Assembly: GCF_001194135.2 (NCBI RefSeq)
Contig: NC_068982.1
Location: 44,109,560 to 44,156,381 of the forward strand
Length of the DNA stretch: 46,822 nt
Reading direction: 5' to 3'
DNA from: Octopus bimaculoides
Taxonomy: Eukaryota
A program made the translations under genes and the position numbers. Positions within the stretch are counted from its first letter, which is position 1; each line of letters begins with the position of its first letter. Below are positions 12,159 through 24,591 of the stretch, in pieces. A model generated the notes under the pieces. That model was given only the letters and a program-made list of their open reading frames with translations, was not told where the DNA came from and did no database searches.

Positions 12159-12551
12159 TTGTATTGTCTTTGTTGGCACTCCGTCGGTTACGACGCCGAG
12201 GGTTCCAGTTGATTCGATCAACGGAACAGCCTGCTCGTGAAATTAACGTGCAAGTGGTTGAGCATTCCACAGCCACGTGTACCCTTAACGTAGTTCTCGG
12301 GGATATTCAGCGTGACACAGTGTGACAAGGCTGACCCTTCGAAATTCAGGTACAACAGAAACAGGAAGAAAGAGTGAGAGAAAGTTGTGGTGAAAGAGTG
12401 CAGCAGAGTTCGCCACCATCCCCTGCCGGAGCCTTGTGGAGCTTTAGGTGTTTTCGCTTAATAAACACTCACAACGCCAGGTCTGGAAATCGAAACCGTG
12501 ATCCTACGACCGCGAGTCCGCTGCCCTAACCAATGGGCCATTGCACCTCCA
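12159..12551 (-). mobile_element. Full-length tRNA-derived SINE with 13-bp target-site duplication
   Basis: Head GTGGAGGTGCAATGGCCCATTGGTTAGGGCAGCGGACTCGCGGTCGTAGGATCACGGTTTCGATT (A/B boxes) and a CAA-like tail. TSD cagtctcaaagca at 12146-12158 and 12552-12564. Confidence 0.9.
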
Positions 12552-13191
12552 CAGTCTCAAAGCAAATGAAACTATAAACAATCAATGGTATTTCATCCTT
12601 CTGATCTTCTTATTTTACTTTGATATCATCCCCCAACTATCATGTGTTGTCATGACAAGGAGGCACAAACGAGCACACACACACATAATAAAAAGTAAAA
12701 AAAAGGGAATAATAAACCCAGGTAGATATCTATAAAGCACTCAATGTTAAACAAATTCTAATAACTATGAACAACAATCGGATACCAAAAAAATGCAAGT
12801 AGAATAAACATTCAAGGTAATTCCTTATGTTTGACAAGTAAATCCAGACATTACTTAGAATTTCAAGAAATTCAGAACATATGACAATGGAGAAAATCAC
12901 ATCTTTGTTTGATGATTACACCATATACTACTGATGGTCGTTTCCAACGGACCAGCATTATATGCACAAACACACACATGAAGGACAGTTTTCCAGTTTC
13001 TATCTACCAAATCCACTCTGAAGGATTTGGTTGGCCTAGGACTATAGTAGAAGACATTTGCCTAAGGTGCCATGCAGTCGGACTGAACCTGTAACCTTGT
13101 GGTTGGGAAGCAAACATCTTACCACACAGTTATGCCTGAGTCTTCTGACAATGGTAAATAAATGAAGCAGCTGACATAAATTATGGATCAA

Positions 13192-13378
13192 GGTATCAGA
13201 CTCAGTGTGCAAAAGAAGAGACTGAGCAGACATGGACGTGTGGTGCATGTATCGAGGGCGCACGTTAGGCTTACGAAGGGCAGAAGAGGAAGGCCTAGAA
13301 AAAGAGACTGAATTTAAGAAAGGCAATGACGAGGAGCCCCCACGACATAGAGAAAGACAGTGTTGGAAAAGACCCTTT
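13192..13378 (+). mobile_element. RTE-clade LINE ORF2 C-terminal fragment
   Basis: GIRLSVQKKRLSRHGRVV ... KGRRGRPRK, matching the RRLRWxGHV...GRGRP motif. Degraded. Confidence 0.6.
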
Positions 13379-13524
13379 CAAATGATAAACGCCTAGGAAA
13401 ACTGGGTTTGATAATATTTGTGTGTGTGTGTGTACACAGAGAGGGAGAGAAGAGAGCGACCTCTATAAATTTAATAAAATGTAGGCTACTTAACAGTAGA
13501 AGTAAAATTATTTTCCATTAATTC

Positions 13525-13567
<43 letters not shown>

Positions 13568-14368
13568 CATTCACTGCATCACCCAATAAACTTATCTAGA
13601 TTCATGCTACTGCCTCGTTTGGGTTATTTCCCCTTAGCTCATTTTATTTTTAATAGTAGACATCGAGTCACACTTACGTATACATACATACATACATGTA
13701 TGCATACGCACGCATTAATACACACACAAACATAACTCATAAACAAATAGCTGGCGGCCAGACACAGAAAATAGCAATTCCTTAAACTGATTTGACTGAC
13801 ACCCCACCCGAGCTAGTAGAGCGACAGAAAAACTTGACAAACATCATCAGCCTGCCTGCAAAAAGAGTAATTCCCTCGGTACAGAGACAACCACCTCACC
13901 ACCCACCACCGTATTACAACTCTCCCCCACCTCTCAACACATATAACCCCCCCCCCACACACACAATATCAATAACACCTTACACTCTAGTTCGAAACCC
14001 GCCGCATCGTTATGCACCTCTTTTACGCGCCGTGAGACGACGAGAAAGGCGGAGATAGGTACAAGTACAAACATAACACTCTACACATATTTTTACAGTT
14101 CACAAGCGAAAATATACACACCAACGTTATACATACATGCAAACATACATACATACATACATACATACGTACGTACGTATACACATACATGCAAATATAC
14201 ATACATACAAACATATATACATACATGAAGAGGAGGGTATGTTTATGCATATATACTTACACACATAAAAATATTTTGGGGGTACACACACACATATATA
14301 TATCAATAAACGTGTGTATATTACATAAACATATACACGTCCCAACAGAATATGTATACGTGTGTATG

Positions 14369-14409
<41 letters not shown>

Positions 14410-15059
14410 TGTATGGGGACGTATATATGTTTATGTAATATACACACGTGTCCTATATATCTATATATTCATATACACTCACACACACGTGTCTATACAT
14501 CTATATAGTTAAACACACACTTCACACATGTATACAAAGATGAACGCATTCTTGTACGCGGGTGCTCACGTTCTCCCCCCCCCCTCTCTAACNNNNNNNN
14601 NNNNNNNNNNNNNNNNNNNNNNNNNNNNNNNNNNNNNNNNNNNNNNNNNNNNNNNNNNNNNNNNNNNNNNNNNNNNNNNNNNNNNNNNNNNNNNNNNNNN
14701 NNNNNNNNNNNNNNNNNNNNNNNNNNNNNNNNNNNNNNNNNNNNNNNNNNNNNNNNNNNNNNNNNNNNNNNNNNNNNNNNNNNNNNNNNNNNNNNNNNNN
14801 NNNNNNNNNNNNNNNNNNNNNNNNNNNNNNNNNNNNNNNNNNNNNNNNNNNNNNNNNNNNNNNNNNNNNNNNNNNATTACACATACACTCAAACTAATGA
14901 TTAGTCACATCAGCCGGTGGGAGTTCGAGACTGGACGGCTTTCCGTGGGAAATTTCGGAGCTTTCTTCAAACACCCACCAACAACTTTCTCTCTCTCTCT
15001 CTCCCCCTCACTCCCTACCGCTCGCTCGCTCGCTCTCTCTCTAGACTAGCATCACTTAC

Positions 15060-15099
15060 CACATATATTACACTCATAGCATCTGTGCGTTAGGGGCAA
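15060..15099 (-). CDS. Candidate 40-nt internal exon of an unknown gene (LPLTHRCYECNIC...)
   Basis: Acceptor ctcttaatcatttcAG and donor TG|GTAAGT. Only one frame is stop-free, and it encodes a CxxCxxC motif. Confidence 0.4.
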
Positions 15100-15705
15100 C
15101 TGAAATGATTAAGAGAAGTGATGGCGATGGTGGTCTATTTTATTTTTTATTTATTTATTGGTTGATGCTGTCCTTGTTGTTATTGTAGTTGTGGTCTGTA
15201 ATACGAGACAGTACTGCAGGAGTCCATATAAGATAGCACTAGTAATATGTGATGGTGATGGTAGTAGTAGTGGTGGTGGTGGTACTGCTGTTGCTGTCTT
15301 AGGGCCTGGGCACACTGGGCACTTGCCTGAAGCCCTCTCAGGTCTAGGGGACCAATTCTGATCTAAATGTACTGTGACTTACTGTCAGTAAATGAATACT
15401 ATAGGCCCCAGTGCAAAGACTTGCCTGGGGTCCAGTCAGTCAACTGAAGCAGCAGCAGTAGTAGTAGCAGCAGCAGCAGTAGCAATTAGTGACGTTATTT
15501 AACACTAGGTCAGCTCTGGCCAAGCAAACTTAAGGTAGACCAAAGGTGTGCTGCCCAGAATCATCTCATCCTGCCAACCCCTCACTTCAATATAAATATA
15601 TATAAAGAGCTACCAATAGTTTCTTGTTGTGAAGATATGTATTTAGGCAGGTTTTATAACATGCCTTGTGTCTTCTTGTTGATCTTACCTTAATGGAGCA
15701 GTAAA

Positions 15706-15740
<35 letters not shown>

Positions 15741-16110
15741 TACCATATATATATACGAGTGAGTGAACAAATAAAAGTAAGTGGCACTCAACACATTTGG
15801 TAAGAGTTACATATATTTTTTAATAAGTCTGACTCAGATCCATTTGACATAAGTTACATGGGTTTGTAGGAGAAGAGTCAGAGATTTGAGACAAATCAGG
15901 ATGGCTTCTAGATTTTAGGCCTCTATTGGTCAGCTCAAGTCATGTGATGTTAATGCTGTGCAAGAGACACTAGCTATTTCCTTCATTCTTAGGCTTAGAC
16001 AGGATGTTGGCAAGCATACTGCTGCCACACAGGCTACTTTCAGAATAACAATGGAACATTTATGGATAGAGTGATTCAATACTGAAAGTGGAGTAAATTT
16101 TACTGTAAAG

Positions 16111-16214
16111 CAGCCTTTTTCGACTGGGGTTCCCCGGAACCCTAGGTTTCCACAAAAGGTTCCTAGGGGTTCTGCGAGAAAGCGAGATAAGCGAATGCTA
16201 ATTTCATGATCATG

Positions 16215-16246
<32 letters not shown>

Positions 16247-16741
16247 GAACACAAAGGATATCACAGTACACGTGTTTCAAGCTTTATAAACAATCTGTTA
16301 TTACATCAGCATAGGTATATTATTGATATAAAAGAAGGTGTAAAGCTCTCCTCAGCCGCAAACATTGTTAGTCCAAAGATTTATAATGGGTAATACTACG
16401 TGTACTCTTTCTTTTGTGATGTAATAGCATATACTTATGCTGATGTAAAAACAGATTGTTTATAAAGCTTGAAAAACGTGTACCGCGATATCCTTTGTGT
16501 TCTGTTTTTAATTTATGTTTGATATATTCTCTCACCTCTGCCACTATCTGGCATATACAGGTGCTTACACTTATCAAGTATTCCCTCTAAACTTACAGTA
16601 TATATATATATATATATATATCTATATATATATATATATATATACGATATTTACCATGTGAACTATGATGAAAAATATGAGAAAGATACGGTATATAATT
16701 TTTTGTGCAGGGGTTCCTTGAGACATGTAATTTATTTTAAG
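16111..16741 (+). mobile_element. hAT-like MITE, left end and subterminal region (right end probably in the gap)
   Basis: Starts CAGCCTTTTTCGACTGGGGTTCC with GGGTTCC/GGAACCC subterminal repeats. GGGGTTCCTTGAGA reappears just before the gap. Confidence 0.45.
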
Positions 16742-17598
16742 NNNNNNNNNNNNNNNNNNNNNNNNNNNNNNNNNNNNNNNNNNNNNNNNNNNNNNNNNNN
16801 NNNNNNNNNNNNNNNNNNNNNNNNNNNNNNNNNNNNNNNNNNNNNNNNNNNNNNNNNNNNNNNNNNNNNNNNNNNNNNNNNNNNNNNNNNNNNNNNNNNN
16901 NNNNNNNNNNNNNNNNNNNNNNNNNNNNNNNNNNNNNNNNNNNNNNNNNNNNNNNNNNNNNNNNNNNNNNNNNNNNNNNNNNNNNNNNNNNNNNNNNNNN
17001 NNNNNNNNNNNNNNNNNNNNNNNNNTATATATATATATACGATATTTACCATGTGAACTATGATGAAAAATATGAGAAAGATACGGTATATAATTTTTTG
17101 TGCATTAAAAAGCCAAAGCTGTTAGACGCTGGCGTACAGCGATCGATATATACGCAGTGAACGTTTTCTCTATTTGCGTGCAATAAGGCTTAGGGCAAGC
17201 GAGTGTAACATCGAAATAACTTGAAAAGAATGCATGTGGGAATGCCGTTATAATGAATGCTCATTTAAATGTATTTTGCATGGAGTTGATGTACTTTTTA
17301 ACAGGAGAGGAGTGCCTGCAGGCTGGTTCTTCTCAAGTTTATGCATTTTCAGGTTCAATGTGTTTCAAATAAGTACTGACAATTGAAGGTGATTGCAAAG
17401 ACAAAGAACTACCTGTTTTTTTTTAACAATTTTAACAGTGAGAACATTGGACAAAATATTTTATTGACATTAATAGCTTGTACCTCAGCTAATTACTGTT
17501 GAGAACTGCATAATCCATGTGTCATGTTAGAGATCTAAAAGGCATTTTCGAATTTCATTATTTTCTTTAATCCAGGCAACGCTGGATATTTCTGCTAG
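16621..17598 (+). mobile_element. Non-autonomous Helitron-like element (spans an N-gap)
   Basis: 3' end has hairpin ATCCAG-gcaacg-CTGGAT (17570-17587), 7 nt, then CTAG (17595-17598) followed by T. The putative 5' end is A|TC at 16621 within a TA tract. The 5' boundary is less certain. Confidence 0.65.
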
Positions 17599-17624
17599 TT
17601 ATATATATATCTATATAATGAAGG

Positions 17625-18015
17625 AAATTGTAGTGCTCAGGTGCACTACAACTTAAAAAAAAACCCATCAGGTGTACTGTTGGCGGATTTCAGGAACCAT
17701 GGAAGTTTTGAAGGATGTAGTGTCTTGATAGCTAACAACTGATACAGGTAGTTTATTCCATGCTTCAGCAATTCTGAGCGTGAAAAAATGTTTCTGAAAG
17801 TCAAGAGTGCTGTGTTGTTTTTTGATTTTATAAGAATGTCTGCAAGCGTTTGTCATATGGAATCCAAAACGATACCCAAGGTCGTTGTTGGAAAGATGGT
17901 GGATAATCTTGTTGGTGCCTACCAAGTTAGTTCCCAGGCATCTGAGCTTCAATGTATCCATGCTCAGAGAAGCAAGACGTTTAGAGTATGGTAGATGTCT
18001 GAAAAGAGACCCCAC
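17625..18015 (-). mobile_element. CR1-clade LINE 3' remnant
   Basis: RHLPYSKRLASLSMDTLKLR...KIIH...HSYKIKKQHSTLDFQKHFFTLRIAEAWNKLPVSVV...FK, the standard CR1/L2 ORF2 C-terminal motif (FFxxRxxxxWNxLP). Confidence 0.85.
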
Positions 18016-20136
18016 ACCTTTATCTTCCTCAGTGATGCAATGAACTGACTGAAAAGAAAGGAATTTGACCATGTATGTGTGTGTGTGTGTGTGTGTGTAC
18101 GTGTGTGTATGTGGGTGTGCACACATGCAACTACACACACATACACAATGGTCTTTCATACAGTTTTCATTTACAAATTTCATTCACAAGGCGTCAGTTG
18201 ACAGGCGGTCATAGTGGAAGTCACTTTGCTCAAGGTGCTGCAAAGTGAAAAAGAACTTGAAAACATATATGGTTATTAAGCAGACTTCGTATTCACACAG
18301 CCATAATGTAAGCTCCAGATTACCCTAAGAATGCTTCTGATCAATATTCTACCCATTCAGGTGTTGACCAGGTCTAAACATCAACAATAACGACAATAAA
18401 CACCACCATCAAAACAAGAGAGGAGCAAGTGTGTGTTAGTCTTTTAGTAGACGCCTGTGTGGGTGGTACTTGCTAGTGTCTGGGCAGTGAAAGAGTTGTT
18501 ATTTCAGTTCAAGCTTCCAATTTTACAAATTAAACAGTATGGAAACTACTTCAGTTACCAGTTTTTTTTTACTACTACACTCAGCAACCATTCTCAAAGT
18601 TACAGTAGGCATATGATAATTATGTAATATCTGACATAAAACTCAATGGCTGAGACCAATAACAAAAAAAAAAAAAATGAAGAAACTAAGTTTAAAAAAA
18701 CAAAAAAAAAAAACAGAACAAAACAAAAATGCCATCCTTCATTCATAAAATATTAAAATGAATCATGTGTGTGTATGCATGTGTGCACATATGTGTGTGC
18801 ATGTGTGTATATGTGTATTTATGAAAGGGAGGGAAAGAAAAAAAATTTTATGAAAATGAAAACTGATAGCAGCAAAAAAAAAGAAACATAAAAAAAGAAA
18901 AATGAAGAAAAATGCATTTTTGCATTATAATCAGAAAATATATCCTGACAATTTAACCAAAGTTAGTTAATTTTCTTAGACCCTTTTAAAATCAGTTATT
19001 CCTTCTTTCCTTCTTTCTTTTTTTCTATTTTCTTTCTTTCTTTCTTTCTTTATGCTAGGTCAGCCCAAAACAGTTTAACATTAGTTTTCCTTAAAATATT
19101 GCAACCCTAAATTTCATAAACTACAAACCACCTTTCCGAGACAGTGGACAAAAAAGGACCTCCTTGCTTACCCCTGATTGTGTAGCACCTTAAAATTTGA
19201 TACATTTGCAAGTAGCTTCTTTGATTTCAGTTTGTCTTTCCAGGTCTCTCTCTCTCTCTCTCTTTCACTTTCTTTCTTCCATGAGAACAACTGTGAGAAC
19301 CAGATGATACAAGAATTCCCAGCAGCACCCAGTCTTTGAGCGAATCAGTGTAGAAAATGTAGCAGGCTGGATATAGATATTTGACGGACACCTACTTATT
19401 AGATTCCATATTGTATGTATTTTTAACTCAAACACGGCTTAAACTATTATTCTATATAGACCATACAGCACTCTAACTCCTACATGTTACACAAGAACTA
19501 ATGCTAAATGACGTCTCACGAGGGAAAAATAACAATGTGCAGTCATTAGTTTGGGCTAGTTATTTCTTTCACAATTTTCTCACTCTAACTGAAGCATCAA
19601 TTTTCCAAAAGCTTAGCACAATAAATAAATAAATAAAGGGAGGAAATAATAATAATAATAATGATTTCTTTATTAACCACAAGGGTTTACATTAAGAAAA
19701 ACATTATGGACAGACATTTTGCATTGTGTTTATCTAAATTATTTTTGCAGTAGTTCAACTATGAACATCCAAACAGGCTCTAATTATTTGATGTGTAAGC
19801 TTTATCTATACTTCTCTCCCCCTTATGTAACTCTTTTGTCTTTTATAACAGCTGATAATGCTTTTCACATGCAAGTTGTCAAAACCCGATTCACACAAAA
19901 AAAAACCGAAATCTCTCACTAGTTATACCTCAGTTCAAGCATTAACCTTTATGATCTTCTCAACATCGCCACTATGAGCTCCAAGCCCCTGAAAGCTTAT
20001 TTGTGTTCAGTTCTTACTTTTCTCTTATGCTTAACCATATATTTATTCCAATATTATTCAAGATGGCTAGCCTTTTAGTTAAAGGAATCTGGAAATAACT
20101 ATGTCATATTGAAATTCAAATCTCTCTCTCTCGTAG

Positions 20137-20366
20137 TTAAACCCTTTAGCATTTAAACTGGCTATATTTGGCCAAAATATTCTACCTGTGCTTATGTTCA
20201 AAATGGCCAGATCCAATGTCTCACACATACCCTGTGATGTCGTTCTAGAAATATACAACCACATCATTCAAATCTAGAAGTGATCAGATAATGCATAATT
20301 AATTCAGAACATTGTAAATAAATAAGCATTACATTTGACAGAATAATTTGAATGCTAAAGGGTTAA
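20137..20366. mobile_element. piggyBac-like MITE, copy 2
   Basis: TTAA-(a)ccctttagcatt ... aatgctaaaggg-TTAA. Confidence 0.8.
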
Positions 20367-20459
20367 CTGCTTTTGATGAATAAATTGGCTTTTTCTCACA
20401 CCAAACTAAGTAAGGTTGTGGTTGCCCATGGATACAGCCATATCCCTTGCAAGCCTCTC

Positions 20460-21087
20460 CAGCCGAGCATGCCTAATCTTGCAGGCTCGTGGGTGCTGGT
20501 GCCACATAAAAGGCACTCATACCAGTGCCATGTAAACACACCCATACCCGTGCTGTGTAAGAAGCACCCTGTACACTCTGGTAAAGTGATTGGCATTAGG
20601 AAGGGCACCCAGCCAAAGAAACCATGCCGAAACAGAAAAATGGAGCCCGGGCAACTCTTCAGCTGGCCAGCTCCTGTCAAACTGTCCAACCCATGCCAAC
20701 ATGCAAAACAGACATTAAATGATGATGATGATGATGATGATGAATNNNNNNNNNNNNNNNNNNNNNNNNNNNNNNNNNNNNNNNNNNNNNNNNNNNNNNN
20801 NCAGCCGAGCATGCCTAATCTTGCAGGCTCGTGGGTGCTGGTGCCACATAAAAGGCACTCATACCAGTGCCATGTAAACACACCCATACCCGTGCTGTGT
20901 AAGAAGCACCCTGTACACTCTGGTAAAGTGATTGGCATTAGGAAGGGCACCCAGCCAAAGAAACCATGCCGAAACAGAAAAATGGAGCCCGGGCAACTCT
21001 TCAGCTGGCCAGCTCCTGTCAAACTGTCCAACCCATGCCAACATGCAAAACAGACATTAAATGATGATGATGATGATGATGATGAAT
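20460..21087 (+). other. Exact 286-bp duplication flanking a 56-N gap (likely unmerged assembly overlap)
   Basis: 20460-20745 is identical to 20802-21087 and the copies lie on either side of the gap. Confidence 0.85.
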
Positions 21088-21462
21088 TCTTGTACACACC
21101 CATCTTTTGATTGTCACAAACTGCTAATTATCCTACATTATGGTTATATCAACTTGTGATGCTTTGCTTCCAGTTCACCATCTGTCTCTTTAGTCTAAAA
21201 TACTTGATGCCTTTCATCATCTCTCCATCACAAGTTCACAACAAACCAGACATGCTGTCTTTTTGCTCCACACACACACACACACACACACACACCAATT
21301 CTATGGTTATTATATTTACTATCATATTTGTATGTTTTTCCCATTACTTTTCTTATTTATAGTTACAGCTCAATTTATGGTACTTTATCAGTTTAACATG
21401 CCTAGTTTCCTCTTCAGTGCAACAGTAGATTTAAACAGCACCTTGCATACAACAGAATACAT

Positions 21463-21694
21463 TTAACCCTTTAGCACTTAAACTGGCCATATTCAACCAA
21501 AATACCCTACCTGTTTTATGTCCAAACTGGCCAGAGTTGGCATCTCTCACCTACCCTATAATGTCATTTTAAAAATAAACAACCACATCATCATCAAAAT
21601 TGCAAAGCTATGAGATAGTGCATGACTGATTCAAAACAATGCGAAATGAATAAGCGTTACATTTGACAAACTAATCTGAATGCTAAAGGGTTGA
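21463..21694. mobile_element. piggyBac-like MITE, copy 3
   Basis: TTAA-ccctttagcac ... aatgctaaaggg-TTGA. Confidence 0.8.
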
Positions 21695-22009
21695 ATTTAT
21701 CTGGACTGTTCTTGGTTGGCTAACAGATGGAATCATTTAACTTTTATCTTTTACTTGTTTCAGTCTTTGGACTATTACTTGTTCGATCACTCACTTTTTT
21801 GCTAAACTGCTAGATTATGGGACACGAACAAACCAACATCAGTCATCAAGTGGTGTGAGTGTGTGTATGGAAAAGGGGGGAACAAATATAAACACAAAGA
21901 TGCACAAAGGAAAATAAAGAGAAAAAAACCAAATGTGTATAGAAGCTAGAAAAAGTCATTTGCCACAAGTACTTTCTTTAATTCTTAAGGGTCACCTTAG
22001 CTTAATAAT

Positions 22010-22655
22010 GGTTTCAAGTTTTGGCACAAGGTCAGTCGATTACATTGACCCCAGTGCACAACTGGTACTTTTTTTTATCGATCCCAAATGGATCAAAAGC
22101 TAAGTTGACTTCTGCAGGATTTGAACTCAGAATGTAAAGGCAGACAAAATACTGCTAAGCATTTTGCTTGGCATGCTAATGATTCTAATGGTTCCCCTAT
22201 TTGAATATTGGTTTCAAATTTCAGCACAAGGCTAGCAATTTCAAGGGAGGGATAAATCGATTACATCAACCCCAGTGCTTGACTGGTACTTATTTTATCA
22301 ACCCTGATAGGATGAAAAGCAAAGTCGACCTTGGCAGAATTTGAACTCAGTACATAAAGACAAACCAAACACCTCTAAGCATTTTGCCCAGCATGCTAAC
22401 TAATTATGCCAGCTCACCACCTTAACCTAGCTTAATAATGGTTTCAAATTTTGCCATAAGGGCAGCAATTTGGGGGGAGGGGATGTGCCGATTACATTGA
22501 CCCCAGTGTTCAACTGGGACTTAATTTATCAACCCCGAAATGATGAAAGGCAAAGTCGACCCTGGCGGAATTTGAACTCAGAATGTAAAGATGGACAAAA
22601 TACTGCTAAGTATTTCACCCTGTGTGCTAACGATTCTGCCAGTTCGCTGCCTTAA
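22010..22655 (-). mobile_element. Tandem cluster of three SINEs (5402 family)
   Basis: Repeated ...gcaaagtcgacc...gaatttgaactcagaa...tctgccag.tcgc.gcctt units. Similar clusters at ~4660-5070 (-), 29140-29555 (+) and 46170-46560 (-), with single copies at ~11636-11850 (+) and 28510-28680 (+). Confidence 0.85.
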
Positions 22656-22979
22656 CCTAGCTTAATAATGACAATTCAAAGTAGCTACAAAAAAATGGAA
22701 AGAAAACACTTAGAGAAAACGAGAGCAGAGGTAGAAGGGGATGATGGGAAGGGAAATAACTCAACATTTTAAAGAGCATCTTGTTCTTTTCACTCCTAAT
22801 ATTTTCTTTAGACCTCATGGGTAGTTAGCACTAATATGTTACCCAATTTAACATTGCCTTGTGGCCCTTGGATGCTTTTAACAGAGTCCCTCCTGTTGTA
22901 AACATTTGTATTGGATTTCTAATCTGAGGATATCTTGATCAAGGCTAACCGGGGTTCAAACAACAACACCACCACCACC

Positions 22980-23011
<32 letters not shown>

Positions 23012-24539
23012 ACTAACAACAGAATCTAGAATCTCTTTGTGCTCAAGTCAACCCAACAGAAATCGCAACAAAATCTCCCTCAAATGAACCTTATTGTCTT
23101 TGATAAAGAAAGGACACATTGGATAAAGTAATCTGAGATACAGACTAAAAAGGTATGGAATGCCCTTAATTACTGATGTTAAACAACAACAATAATAAAC
23201 ATTGTCTCTAGGTCACTGACCATTAATGATTTCTCTAACTGTAACAACAACTTGTTCGCTCCCATCTTCAAGCCACACAAAACTGATTACTGGGCAGAGA
23301 CATTTATCCACACACACATACATGCATGCATGTATATATGTGTGTGTGCATGTGTGTATATATATATATGTTCATAGTGTACTACTAACATACTTCAACA
23401 CTATTTGTTTAACATTTTCTGCACTATTTATAAACATAGTATACTTTCATTTTAAACATATGGCATTTATTTTATAAAGCTACATTCAAGTTTACCTTAA
23501 AATGCTCAACACACCCTGTTTTAATACTCACAAAATGCCTTTGATCACTTCAATATCTAACCCTATCCCACACACACACACACATACTTGTGTCTTCTAC
23601 TTAAATATTAATTGGAGTCCTTACATCACCTTCTAATCTATTTTACTCTGGAACAACCTCTCTCATCGTATATACTTTCCTTGCCTTTCAGAATTTTTGA
23701 TGACATAAAGCCCAAATAATCTTCCCATGAATTTATTCCAAGAGCTTGAAAACACAACTTGTATACTTTCTCAATGAACAAAATGGAATAAAATAAACAT
23801 TTCCATTAATTTACCCACATGCAAATCCCAATATTTTATTTTATTTATTTATTTTTTATTTTATTATATTTCCCTTACTGTTTATTTCACGTGTAACTTA
23901 TTTTTCTGGTTTAGAAAGTAGATGGTTTTCACAAATGTTATTTGCTTATTATTGGAACGAGTTGTTTACAGTCTTTTCTTCTCATCCTCCCAACCGCTAC
24001 AGTAATATTCCTTGCCTATGGACATAACACAATGACTGCTGAAGCTAGCGAAGAATTCTCTAAGTCAAGCATGGGAAACCTTGATCAGGTTCAACATCAG
24101 GCAGGCAGCTTGCTAAAAGAATTCAAGGTGATTCTTATAAACATTATTTTCTTAGTGAGATTAGATATGCCATTCAAAATATTCCACAAGCTTCAGACTG
24201 TGCAAGACTGCTCTAAGTGGTTGCTTTACATGCTGGAAAGAGCAGCCAAATATTTCTCAAACCACACAGAAGAAATGACACATTGGATAATGCAGTCAAC
24301 GTAGTCTTTTATGTTTTATCTTTTACCCTTTACCTGTTTCAGTCATTAGACAGCAGCCATGCTGGGGCACCACACTGAAGAATTTTTCGTTGAATGAATC
24401 AACCCCAGTACTCTTTTATTTTTAAAGCCTGGTACTTATTCTATTGGTTTCTTTTACAGAACTGCTAAGTTGTGGGAGAGTAAACAACTCCAACACTGGT
24501 TGTCAAGTGGTAGCAGGGGACAAACACACACACACGTGT

Positions 24540-24591
<52 letters not shown>

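Noticed and set aside
12470-12552. tRNA-like sequence (and similar SINE heads) as tRNA genes
   Set aside because: They continue directly into SINE bodies with tails and a TSD, and lack a complete acceptor stem or oligo-T terminator.
20373-21110. 245-aa ORF with an internal repeat
   Set aside because: It is produced by the exact duplication across the 56-N gap in a retroelement UTR, most likely an assembly artefact.
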